This document shows, piece after piece, positions 34,994 through 43,446 of a stretch of DNA of 43,570 bases. Each line of letters starts with the position of its first letter. Position 1 is the first letter of the stretch. The notes beneath the pieces were generated by a model that ran no database searches, had not been told where the DNA came from, and saw only the letters and a list, made by a program, of their open reading frames with translations. The translations under genes were made by a program, and so were the position numbers. This DNA comes from Candidatus Woesebacteria bacterium RIFCSPLOWO2_01_FULL_39_10 (GTDB lineage: Bacteria; Patescibacteriota; Microgenomatia; UBA8517): assembly GCA_001793015.1 (NCBI GenBank), contig MGHC01000037.1, positions 85,877-129,446 of the forward strand, given 5' to 3'.

Positions 34994-36214
34994 CTACCTT
35001 CTAACAGCCTTTTCAAAAATCTCAAGAGTTTCCCTCGTGGACTTTGCCCAAGAGAACTTTTGGGCTTGCATAAGGCCTTTTTTAACCATTTTATTATATT
35101 CAACCCCATTTAAAGATAATACTTTATTTAAACCCTCAGCAATACTTTCTATATTATACGGATCAACATAAGTCCCTGCATCTTTTACTATTTCAGGTAA
35201 ACTCGCGGTTTTACTTACAACAACGGGTACACCACAAGCCATTGCTTCAAGAACATCCATGCCAAACCCCTCCCAAAAAGATGGAAGAACAAAACAACGA
35301 GCTCCTTTTATAAGTGCCGGCTTTTCTTTTTCAGAAATATAATCTGTAAAAATAACTTTCGACTCTAATTTTTGATCAGCCACTTTTTTTATTATGTTTT
35401 CGTACAACCAACCTTTCTTACCGGCGATAACTAAATTTAGATTAGGAAATCTATTAGTAATAATGGAGAAGGCCGATAAAAGTCCTTCTATATTCTTGCT
35501 TGGCTTTAGGGTTGACAAGAAAAGTATGTAATTTTCGGGAATCCTATATTTTTTTCTGATCTGTCGCACAAAATTTGAGTGTACCTTTAAGTTAAATTTG
35601 GTCCTGTCATATCCATGATTTATAACTTTTACCTTTTGCGCAGCAAAAGGATACCGTCGTACAATATCTTTTGCTGTAGTTTCCGAAGGACAAATGATAT
35701 ATTTTGATATAATTATTGAAATAGCACTCCAGTACTTTAATTGCCAAAAGTCGTATCTTTTGAATTGTCCCGAAAATTCGAGGTAACCAAGGTCATGTAT
35801 TGTAAGTACTTTGTCAGATCTACTAAAAAGCGGTAAATAATGCCCTGGTGTAAAGAAAACATCTACTTTTTCCTTAAATAATAGCCTAGGCATTAACTTG
35901 ATGAGTACCCAAAGTCTTTCACCTGGTATAATTTTATATTTCCAAAACGCTTTTTCTTTAGGTAAGTCCGAATTTGGGGCATTTTTAAGGTATATAAAGT
36001 ACGTAATATTTTTGTTTTCATCATCCTGTAGTTTATCTCTCGATAGAGCGCTTAGGTTTTGCTTACCACGTCTCGGCGTGGCCAAGCTTAGCTTACCAAC
36101 CGAATGGTTGGCCAAGCTTAGCTTATACAGTCCCCAAAGTATCTCCCAGGCGTACTGATTAACCCCAACTTTATCTTTTATGTTCGCTTCGTTACCGTCA
36201 ATACCAATAATCAT
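34994..36214 (-). CDS. GT4-family glycosyltransferase with a ~30-aa repeat-containing insertion near the N-terminus
   Basis: 406 aa. MIIGIDGNEA...GVNQYAWEIL N-terminus and PSFWEGFGMDVLEAMACGVPVVVS. The insertion is KLSLANHSVGKLSLATPRRGKQNLSALSRDKLQ. Confidence 0.85.
   Translation of the reverse strand: MIIGIDGNEANIKDKVGVNQYAWEILWGLYKLSLANHSVGKLSLATPRRGKQNLSALSRDKLQDDENKNITYFIYLKNAPNSDLPKEKAFWKYKIIPGERLWVLIKLMPRLLFKEKVDVFFTPGHYLPLFSRSDKVLTIHDLGYLEFSGQFKRYDFWQLKYWSAISIIISKYIICPSETTAKDIVRRYPFAAQKVKVINHGYDRTKFNLKVHSNFVRQIRKKYRIPENYILFLSTLKPSKNIEGLLSAFSIITNRFPNLNLVIAGKKGWLYENIIKKVADQKLESKVIFTDYISEKEKPALIKGARCFVLPSFWEGFGMDVLEAMACGVPVVVSKTASLPEIVKDAGTYVDPYNIESIAEGLNKVLSLNGVEYNKMVKKGLMQAQKFSWAKSTRETLEIFEKAVRR
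36079..36125. repeat. direct repeat inside a CDS: 17-nt core tggccaagcttagctta twice, period 30 nt
   Basis: Exact copies at 36079-36095 and 36109-36125, separated by the palindrome CCAACC-GAAT-GGTTGG (36096-36111). An adjacent hairpin CCACG-N6-CGTGG lies at 36066-36081. Confidence 0.85.
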
Positions 36215-36240
36215 ACGAAATACGCTAGATGCTTAAGCAA

Positions 36241-36269
36241 ATTGTAGTTGCAAACGAAGTTTAATGCAA
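36241..36269 (-). promoter_or_regulatory. candidate sigma70-type promoter for the GT4 gene at 34994..36214
   Basis: Minus strand: TTGCAT (36264-36269), 17 nt spacer, TACAAT (36241-36246), ~27 nt before the ATG at 36214. Lies just downstream of the palindrome at the CYTH stop. Confidence 0.45.
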
Positions 36270-36280
36270 TTAATGGAGAT

Positions 36281-36298
36281 CGCTTACTTAAGTAAGCG
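36281..36298. terminator. 18-nt perfect palindrome spanning the CYTH stop codon (possible terminator/processing hairpin)
   Basis: CGCTTACTTAAGTAAGCG, a stem of up to 7 bp with a UUAA loop. No clean U-tract follows on the minus strand. Confidence 0.3.
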
Positions 36299-36859
36299 CT
36301 TTTTCCTCAAAGACTCTGCTGCATAACCTCCAGGAACAGGCTTAGTCCCCCTTAAACCCAAACTTTTTGTAAATTTAAGTATTTCTTTATTTGCTTTCCT
36401 TACACTCCCAAAATTCTTTACGGATTCGACTTCTACAAAAAAACCAAGGTCTTTCACCTGGTCCAATGCAATTTCTAGGCTCTTTTGATACAAAAACACG
36501 CTCCTTTTCTTTTCAACGGTTGTAATTTTCTGAAATTTTAAGGCTATAAGTATATTTTTGATTTGATTTTCATCACTAACTTCTACCTCATATTCATCGC
36601 AATGGGTCGTATATTTTCTGCCCTCTGGATGCCAATGTTTATAATTAAGATATATTTTTTGGTCTCGTTTTCTGGTTGACAGCCACTGAAATGGGTATTT
36701 TTCGTCAAGAAAACTATTTTGCGTAGGTGTGAAATAGTCATCAACCTGATGTGAAAATCTCAAAAATTTAGCAACCTTATAAAGTTCTTTCTCTATTCTC
36801 TTATATTCGCTTCTCGATATTGAAAGTTTTAGTTCAATCTCTTGATTATTGTATGCCAT
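36284..36859 (-). CDS. CYTH-domain protein (CyaB/thiamine-triphosphatase-like triphosphate tunnel enzyme)
   Basis: 191 aa. N-terminal EIELKL matches the ExExK signature. Length and alternating charged beta-strand pattern fit CYTH. Confidence 0.75.
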   Translation of the reverse strand: MAYNNQEIELKLSISRSEYKRIEKELYKVAKFLRFSHQVDDYFTPTQNSFLDEKYPFQWLSTRKRDQKIYLNYKHWHPEGRKYTTHCDEYEVEVSDENQIKNILIALKFQKITTVEKKRSVFLYQKSLEIALDQVKDLGFFVEVESVKNFGSVRKANKEILKFTKSLGLRGTKPVPGGYAAESLRKKRLLK

Positions 36860-36867
36860 ATTTTAAT

Positions 36868-36896
36868 CTGACTTTCTTTCCCGAAAAGAAAGTCAG
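36868..36896. other. perfect 12-bp stem / 5-nt loop hairpin between the GT4 stop and the CYTH start
   Basis: CTGACTTTCTTT-CCCGA-AAAGAAAGTCAG. Its 3' end on the minus strand lies 8 nt before the CYTH ATG (36859). It is not followed by a U-tract. Confidence 0.6.
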
Positions 36897-36908
36897 GCAA
36901 AGAAAAAA

Positions 36909-37997
36909 TTAATTTGACTTCTCAGATTCTTGGTAGACTTTCAGAGTTTCTCTTGCTGTTTTTTCCCAAGAAAATTTTTTTATCTGTGAAATACCTTTCT
37001 TAATTAAAGTATTTTTAATATTCAATGCTTTCCTTATTCCTTCAGTTATCGATTCAACGTTATAAGGATCTACCAAAACCGCTCCATTTCCTGCAACTTC
37101 CTTCATGCTTCCAAAGTCAGATGTCACAATAGGTGTTTTACAGGCGAAAGCTTCCAGAATTGGAAGGCCAAATCCTTCATATAAAGAAGGGTACGTAAAC
37201 GCTTCAGCTCCTGAATATAGTATTGGCATTTCTATTTGAGAGACGTGGCCTAAATATATGACACCTCTTTCTTGACCAGTATCAACATATTTATGACCAA
37301 CTATCACAAGCTTCATACCAGTTTCGGCTTTAATTTTCTCAAATGATCTAATAAGCCTCTCTGTGTTTTTTCTTGGACCTATTCCAACACTTAAAAGATA
37401 TTTGCCGGAAATTCTGTACTTTCTTTTTAGTCTTTCAACATCAACCATTTTTGCGGATTTGAAAATCGGGTCTGCTGCTTCTGGAATTACACGAATTTTT
37501 TCTGCATCTACTCCAAGTTTCACTGAATCCGTCATAGTTGTTTTTGAGGGCACAATCACTCTGTCTACCTCTTTGATTATCCACTTCATCCTCGCCGAAT
37601 GAGCCGAAACTATCCTAGGATGAGAAAGTTTTGGATATTTTAGTGGTACTAGATCATGGATTGTCGTTACGTTGAAAGCATTTGATGGTGGTTGAGTCCA
37701 ATCGGAAGAATGAAATACGTCGACACCTCCAATTAATTTTTCGATGTTAATAATATGAAGTTTATTCCAAATAAAATCTGCTAAAGTCGGGGGAATGGGA
37801 AAAACCTTACTTTGCATTCTTTCACCCTTAAAACTGGATAGAAACGTTGTTAACTCGTATCTCCTGCGTAGTGAACCTCCAAATAAGATAAAGCTGTCTC
37901 TCTTATCAATCTTATGTAAGGTTTCTACCAAATTCCTCGTGTAGACCGATACGCCTGTTCCGTAAATTATGGAAGAAATATCTATTGCAACCTTCAT
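36909..37997 (-). CDS. GT4-family glycosyltransferase
   Basis: 362 aa. MKVAIDISSIIYGTGVSVYTRNL N-terminus and PSLYEGFGLPILEAFACKTPIVTS. Confidence 0.85.
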   Translation of the reverse strand: MKVAIDISSIIYGTGVSVYTRNLVETLHKIDKRDSFILFGGSLRRRYELTTFLSSFKGERMQSKVFPIPPTLADFIWNKLHIINIEKLIGGVDVFHSSDWTQPPSNAFNVTTIHDLVPLKYPKLSHPRIVSAHSARMKWIIKEVDRVIVPSKTTMTDSVKLGVDAEKIRVIPEAADPIFKSAKMVDVERLKRKYRISGKYLLSVGIGPRKNTERLIRSFEKIKAETGMKLVIVGHKYVDTGQERGVIYLGHVSQIEMPILYSGAEAFTYPSLYEGFGLPILEAFACKTPIVTSDFGSMKEVAGNGAVLVDPYNVESITEGIRKALNIKNTLIKKGISQIKKFSWEKTARETLKVYQESEKSN

Positions 37998-38000
37998 GTA

Positions 38001-39389
38001 TTAATTTCGTAACATTATTTCTATCCCTTCGACATTATCAACTACTTTATAGTACCTTTCGATATACAAATTAATTTTTGGCATGTACTCAACCAAATTC
38101 ATTCCTTGAACTTCAGATTTTTTATCTCTAATCACAACTTTGGGCGGATCAATAATTATACCTTGTAAAATTTTCTTTTCAGCCTCAACCATAAACCAAG
38201 GGAATTGAAACACAAATAATCTTCCGGGTGGTAACGTATCTGTTAAAAAATAAAGGTGGAAGGTTGTACCGAAAGCAAAAACCGTATCACGCCCGTTTGC
38301 ATATTCTCTAACTTTTTCAGCAATCCTATTTTCGTAATCACCAAAGAAGAAAGTCCTTTTGTTACTTGCCCACCTATAAAAGGGTATTAAGAGATATAAA
38401 GAAAATAGTAAATATAATATCAATGAGATGTAAACAACTCTTTTCGGGATTAGAGTGATTATTTGAACAATAAATAACGGAAGAAAGACAAGAACCGGTT
38501 GCAGGTGAACGAAATCAAAGCGGGCATAAATAAATGCCAGACTTCCACTGAAGAATAGTATTAAAAGCAAAAATTTTTCATCTATTTTTTTTCTCCAAAA
38601 GTTAATTAAAACTAATAAAAAGGCTGGCCCGAAAACCCAACCGGCTTTAACTAGATCAAATAGCGAGGGAAACTTTCTCCCCATCTCAGCAAAAGTAGTG
38701 ACATTAAATGTTACAGTCCAATAGAAGAAATCCTTTACGACTCCGATCTTAAAGAAATAGACAAACATAAGTGTAAGCGGCAACATAAAACCTATAACAA
38801 AATATTGTGAAAACTTATACATTTTCTTAATCAAAAAATATATAAAAAGAAAAAGAAATAGGGGTGCTGTGGTCTGTTTAAAAACCGTGGCCAAACCTAG
38901 GATTAATCCCGTAATGATTCCCAAAGCTGGAGATCTGATGTAATCTTTTTTTAATAATAAATAGAATGCGGAAAGAAAAAATATTGGCATGAAAGAATCA
39001 ATCCACAGTACATATCCTTCAAGAAATGGATGCCAAAGAAAATAAACTAGGTTGGATAATATTGCTTTGATATTCGAGCCAAAATATTTACGAGCAACTA
39101 CAAAGAGGAGCATATGATTAACAGCAACAATTAGGAGGTGTAGAACAAAAGAAGCTTGGGAACTTTTCATACCAAGAGTAAAAAGATTTATGGGAAAAAA
39201 CATAAGGCCAGGAAAGTGTTGATCAAAAATCTGTTTGTAAGGTAATAACCCTTTACTAACTAAGTAAGGATAGACAAATAATTCCGGATATGGGAAAAAT
39301 ACAATATTTGTAAGCACCAACAAATGTGCTGAAATTACAGATAATAGGGCAATCGCTATTACTTTTTCTGAAGTGAAAATTCTTCTCAT
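38001..39389 (-). CDS. polytopic membrane protein, possibly GT-C-like (ArnT/DUF2029-like) glycosyltransferase
   Basis: 462 aa with ~11-12 helices plus a soluble C-terminal ~90 aa, the same architecture as 30037..31479 and 39436..40800. The N-terminal loop is FPYPELFVYPYLVSKGLLPYKQIFDQHFPG. Family assignment is tentative. Confidence 0.45.
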   Translation of the reverse strand: MRRIFTSEKVIAIALLSVISAHLLVLTNIVFFPYPELFVYPYLVSKGLLPYKQIFDQHFPGLMFFPINLFTLGMKSSQASFVLHLLIVAVNHMLLFVVARKYFGSNIKAILSNLVYFLWHPFLEGYVLWIDSFMPIFFLSAFYLLLKKDYIRSPALGIITGLILGLATVFKQTTAPLFLFLFIYFLIKKMYKFSQYFVIGFMLPLTLMFVYFFKIGVVKDFFYWTVTFNVTTFAEMGRKFPSLFDLVKAGWVFGPAFLLVLINFWRKKIDEKFLLLILFFSGSLAFIYARFDFVHLQPVLVFLPLFIVQIITLIPKRVVYISLILYLLFSLYLLIPFYRWASNKRTFFFGDYENRIAEKVREYANGRDTVFAFGTTFHLYFLTDTLPPGRLFVFQFPWFMVEAEKKILQGIIIDPPKVVIRDKKSEVQGMNLVEYMPKINLYIERYYKVVDNVEGIEIMLRN

Positions 39390-39435
39390 TTTATATCAAA
39401 TGAACTATGGCCACTCGCCGAAAATAAAAAATATT

Positions 39436-40800
39436 TTATATAGATTTAACCCAATATCTCACTTGTCCCACTCCTCTAAAGTTATAAACTTGAATATCTT
39501 TGTATCCATAGTCCTTTAATACTTGGTAAATCTTGCGATTCGGATCCGATAAATCCATTAAATAATCTAGTGAATAAAAAGAGTTCGAATCAATTACGGA
39601 CGACTCTCCAAATCTTAATATTATATCCCCCCGCTTCGCGTACCAAAGATATGGTGTAAATGCCCCTAGGTGAGATGCGTAAACTTTTTCTTCGCCTTCA
39701 ATTCTTGATTCAATAAAAGAAACAAGGCCTTTCCAATCCTCTCTCCAATAATTACTATTGAATAAATAAATTGAAGTAAACACCAGATTTGTTGTAAATA
39801 TTAGGCCTACTAAGAGCTTAGTAAATTTTGATTTAGATATTCCATAAGCAATAAGTAAATAAAAGGCAGGGATTAAGAATAAAAGGCGAAAGTAGGAAAA
39901 ACCTGGAATAAAAATTGAACCAATAAAGGAAACTGCAAGTGGAACAATAAACCAAAACCATAAAAATATTACTTTTTTTCTATATTTGAAAGCTAAGACG
40001 AAAGCCATTCCAAAGATAATACTTAAGAAAGATGCAACAAGTGAGTAATGAAGTTTATTCGCAAAACTCATTCTTCCAATGATAAATTTCACCCAAACCA
40101 AAGCTAACTCTTTTAAGTTACCCGAACCTAAGACTTGTTTCCATTCCGAATTTTGCTCAACATAAATTGAGGTCCATTTAATTTGGTGAAAAAAGTAAGG
40201 TAACCAGAGCGAGAAAAATAAAATCAGAGGAATATGCGCTTTCGCAAAATCAAATAACGAATATTTATCTTTAGTTACAATCAGATAAAACCACAGTGGA
40301 ATAAGAATAAAAAGCGGTAGATAATCAATCATCCCGACTAAAAGAATTGCTAGGGAAAGCAGAAACCACTTCTTCTTAAGAAAGAAGTAAACGACTAAAG
40401 AAACCGCAAGCGTAGAAAATGAATACATTCTTGCCTCCTGTGAATAATATATGTGTAAAGGAGCAGTAGACATAAAGAGAGCTGAAAGAGTCCCAACCTT
40501 TTTCCCTGCTAACACTTTTCCGATTTTATAAGTAAGGTATACTGTCAGAACACCGAAAATAACTGAAGGCATCCGTAAAGACGCCTCAGAAAATCCAAAA
40601 ACTAAAGACCAAGCTCGCAGAACAAGGTAGTATAGTGGCGGGTGGGTATCGCTTAATGAAAATTGTGTAATAATTCTAAAAAAAGACAAGTCTCTTGCAA
40701 AAGTTGCCGAGATTGTTTCGTCTAACCAAAGCGACTGACTAATGTTAATCAGTCTAAGTAGCAATGCAATTAAAAGAATTAAGAAAATAGCTTTTTTCAT
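39436..40800 (-). CDS. polytopic membrane glycosyltransferase, GT-C fold (PMT_2/ArnT-like)
   Basis: From the ATG at 40800: MKKAIFLILLIALLLRLINISQSLWLDETISATFARD. An acidic DE pair in the first loop is typical of GT39/GT83-like enzymes. ~12 helices plus a soluble C-terminus. The track start at 40884 would overlap the upstream gene by 85 nt. Confidence 0.65.
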   Translation of the reverse strand: MKKAIFLILLIALLLRLINISQSLWLDETISATFARDLSFFRIITQFSLSDTHPPLYYLVLRAWSLVFGFSEASLRMPSVIFGVLTVYLTYKIGKVLAGKKVGTLSALFMSTAPLHIYYSQEARMYSFSTLAVSLVVYFFLKKKWFLLSLAILLVGMIDYLPLFILIPLWFYLIVTKDKYSLFDFAKAHIPLILFFSLWLPYFFHQIKWTSIYVEQNSEWKQVLGSGNLKELALVWVKFIIGRMSFANKLHYSLVASFLSIIFGMAFVLAFKYRKKVIFLWFWFIVPLAVSFIGSIFIPGFSYFRLLFLIPAFYLLIAYGISKSKFTKLLVGLIFTTNLVFTSIYLFNSNYWREDWKGLVSFIESRIEGEEKVYASHLGAFTPYLWYAKRGDIILRFGESSVIDSNSFYSLDYLMDLSDPNRKIYQVLKDYGYKDIQVYNFRGVGQVRYWVKSI

Positions 40801-41558
40801 TATTTGTTTGTTTTCTCCCAAATTTTTACCCAAACAGAAATTTTGTAAACCATCAGAAGATAGGTAAGAATGAAGCCACGCCATCCGTCAAGAAATCCTT
40901 TATGTTTTATATACTTTGCCAAAAATATTCTTGATGGCCACCAAATCAAGTTAATTATTGACGGCTTTTTTTTATTATCTACGTGGTTTTGGGCCTCATA
41001 ATTCGAATATCTGTTTTGACGCTCTTGAAACTCACTTACAGTATCGTAAGGAAAATGAATTATAGCCAGCTTTTCTTTAGTGAATACTTCACATATTTCT
41101 CCTTTAACCTTTGGGTACAGGTGAATGTCTTTAGTCCAAGAAACTTTTCCCTTCTGGAAAAATCTTATCTGTTTATCAGGCCACCAGTTGGTGTGACTAA
41201 TCCACTTACCAAAAATAATATTTTTCCTTGGGATATTAACGGCGGCATATCGAGTATTCCTGGAAATCTTTAAAAGCTCCTCTTTTAACTTGGTAGATAA
41301 TCTCTCGTCCGGATCTAACATCATAATCCATTCTCCAGTAGCAACATCAACCATTTGATTTCTGATTAGCTCAACATATGGGGAAGGTTTTATATCGATA
41401 ACTCTTGCTCCAAACTTTTTTGCAACTCCATTTAAGTTTTTGTCTAACCGAGACATGTTAAAAATAATTATTTCTGAAGCAAAATCTTTTAAAGAACTAA
41501 GACAATCTTTCAGTTTGTCACTTTCATTAAAGGAAGCAATTACTACAGATGTTTTCAT
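40800..41558 (-). CDS. GT2-family glycosyltransferase
   Basis: 252 aa. TSVVIASFNESDKLKDCL and MLDPDE (DxD). Confidence 0.85.
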   Translation of the reverse strand: MKTSVVIASFNESDKLKDCLSSLKDFASEIIIFNMSRLDKNLNGVAKKFGARVIDIKPSPYVELIRNQMVDVATGEWIMMLDPDERLSTKLKEELLKISRNTRYAAVNIPRKNIIFGKWISHTNWWPDKQIRFFQKGKVSWTKDIHLYPKVKGEICEVFTKEKLAIIHFPYDTVSEFQERQNRYSNYEAQNHVDNKKKPSIINLIWWPSRIFLAKYIKHKGFLDGWRGFILTYLLMVYKISVWVKIWEKTNK

Positions 41559-42574
41559 TTTAGAATTAGACTCTTAAATAATACTTCATACTGCAGTGCA
41601 ACTTTATCCCAAGAAAACTTTTCAGCTTGTTTTCGTGGTTTATTCTCCCAATCGGTTCTAAGGGCTCTTTCCAAAGCTTTGGCATAACTTTCAGAATCTT
41701 CAGGGTTAACAAAAATACCGGCATCTCCGACTATTTCTTTCCTAAGAGGATCATTATTAACCACAACTGGAAGGTTCGTCGATAGAGCTTCTATAATGGC
41801 TATTTCGAAAGAATAAAATGGTTCGGAAACAAGGGTAAAAAGATTCCCACACCTATACGCCTTGGGCATCTCTTCGAAGGGAAGTTTTAATATGGCAAAC
41901 CTATCAGGAAGAAGTAACTGACCAAGATCCTCTAAATCTTTTCTCAGCTCTCCGTCCCCAACAACAAGAAGACTTACGTTTCTCAATCTCGAAACTGCTT
42001 CGATGGTCAGATTAATTCTTTTTGTTTGAGTTAATGCTCCAACGGTTATTATAATCGGTTTTTTTAGCTTCAGTTTCATTTTAGATCCTTCTGGGGAAAA
42101 ATTTTTAATATCAACTCCGTTTGGTATATATATTGTCGCTACAAAGGGATTAATTTTTTTAGCCCATGTTTTGGCGTAAGAAGAAAGTGCTACAAAGTAA
42201 TCAGGAAAGCACCAAAGATTATTTTTATCGTCCCAACCAATTCCAGATTGCCCTGCAATAATCATCTTTCCCCCATACAGCCAAGTCAGAATTCTCAAAA
42301 GTGCGGGTTGCCATCCGCCATTTATAGGTATAACAACATCAAATTTATTCTTCCATAAATAAGACAATTTCTTGAGTGTGAAAAAGAGAATCTGTAATCC
42401 TTTTGGATCGAGAAAAACCCTCCAAATGACCGGCCAGTTTGATTCATGATAAGAATCTCCGGATATAACTTCGACAGTATTTTTCTGAGATAGTCTTTTT
42501 GATAGTTCTTGCACAAAAGTCTCTGCACCTCTTGAGACATTCTCCTGATAAGCGTTTAAGATTGCAATCTTCAT
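41555..42574 (-). CDS. GT4-family glycosyltransferase
   Basis: 339 aa. MKIAILNAYQENVSRGAETFVQEL N-terminus and a C-terminal SEPFYSFEIAIIEALSTNLPVVV block. Confidence 0.8.
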   Translation of the reverse strand: MKIAILNAYQENVSRGAETFVQELSKRLSQKNTVEVISGDSYHESNWPVIWRVFLDPKGLQILFFTLKKLSYLWKNKFDVVIPINGGWQPALLRILTWLYGGKMIIAGQSGIGWDDKNNLWCFPDYFVALSSYAKTWAKKINPFVATIYIPNGVDIKNFSPEGSKMKLKLKKPIIITVGALTQTKRINLTIEAVSRLRNVSLLVVGDGELRKDLEDLGQLLLPDRFAILKLPFEEMPKAYRCGNLFTLVSEPFYSFEIAIIEALSTNLPVVVNNDPLRKEIVGDAGIFVNPEDSESYAKALERALRTDWENKPRKQAEKFSWDKVALQYEVLFKSLILK

Positions 42575-42655
42575 ATTTACATTCCCAATATTCCAACAGA
42601 ATAAACAACCATTGCCTAAGAGGCCATGGTTTTCTAAAGAAAAGTTTGTTCACTG

Positions 42656-42698
42656 CTTCGCTTCAGCCACGCGCTAAGAGCACGTGGTTTTCGCGAAG
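42656..42698. other. GC-rich nested stem-loop in the largest intergenic gap of the glycan locus
   Basis: Outer arms CTTCGC (42656-42661) / GCGAAG (42693-42698). Inner arms CCACG (42667-42671) / CGTGG (42683-42687), with an 11-nt loop. On the plus strand it is followed by TTTT. Confidence 0.45.
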
Positions 42699-42740
42699 TT
42701 TGAATAAAGTTCTGAAATTGATTAGTTTTGAATATTTGGA

Positions 42741-43445
42741 TTAATTTATAAATCTATATTTTATTAATGTCCAGACTGCGATAAAACCGTCCTTCCAAGT
42801 TATTTTTTTACCCTCATCATAACCCCTTGGTTTGACTTTTATAGGAATTTCATAGATTTTGTAACCATTCTTTAATATTTTCGCTGTTATCTCGGGTTCA
42901 AAATCAAATCTGTTGGCTCTCAATTTTAGATCTTTAACTACACCTTTCTTGAAAACTTTATAGCATGTCTCCATATCCGATAAATCTGTTCGATATAGCA
43001 TTCTAGTCACTAAACTTAAGAATTTATTTCCCAAATAGTGAGTTATAAGTGGGGTTTTCCTGGTTCCTCTGATTCTAAGGGGGTAATTTTTTAATCTGGA
43101 CCCATACACAACATCTGTAAAACCGTCCACAATTGGACGTATTAGTCTTGTATAGTCCTCGGGATCATATTCCAAGTCGGCATCTTGTATAAGAATTATG
43201 TCGCCAGAGGCTTTTTTAAAACCAGTAGTTATCGCGGCGCCTTTTCCTAAGTTTTTTTTATGATTTAAAACTATAATACCTTTAATGTTTTGTAATTTCT
43301 CGCTGGTTTTATCTAATGAAGCGTCGTTAACTACAACAATTTCCTTCAAGAAATCCTTTCGGAGCTTAACTTTTTTAACTCTTCTAATAATTTCAGAAAT
43401 TGTTTTTTCCTCGTTATAAACGGGAATAATTATAGAAAGGATCAT
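42741..43445 (-). CDS. GT2-family polyprenyl-phosphate hexosyltransferase-like enzyme (Dpm1/Ppm1/GtrB-type catalytic domain, no TM)
   Basis: 234 aa. LSIIIPVYNEEKTI, VVNDASLDKT, LGKGAA, QDADLEYDP, which are blocks typical of dolichyl/polyprenyl-phosphate mannose or glucose synthases. Confidence 0.75.
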   Translation of the reverse strand: MILSIIIPVYNEEKTISEIIRRVKKVKLRKDFLKEIVVVNDASLDKTSEKLQNIKGIIVLNHKKNLGKGAAITTGFKKASGDIILIQDADLEYDPEDYTRLIRPIVDGFTDVVYGSRLKNYPLRIRGTRKTPLITHYLGNKFLSLVTRMLYRTDLSDMETCYKVFKKGVVKDLKLRANRFDFEPEITAKILKNGYKIYEIPIKVKPRGYDEGKKITWKDGFIAVWTLIKYRFIN

Positions 43446-43446
43446 A

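Noticed and set aside
36079-36125. The direct repeats, considered as a miniature CRISPR array.
   Set aside because: There are only two copies of 17 nt with a 13-nt spacer, inside an intact reading frame (period 30 nt = 10 codons), and no cas genes in the window.
39390-39435. TGATATAAA immediately upstream of the 38001..39389 gene, considered as another leaderless-type promoter.
   Set aside because: The hexamer abuts the ATG with no spacing, so a transcript started from it would begin inside the ORF. It is probably a chance AT-rich match.
42444-42744. ORFs 42444..42653 (-) and 42499..42744 (+) covering the 166-nt intergenic gap, considered as possible small proteins or a leader peptide.
   Set aside because: The minus ORF runs out of frame into the GT4 N-terminus and the plus ORF is antisense to it. 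Both are Cys/Arg/Leu-rich with no signal or motif. The region is better explained by an RNA structure.
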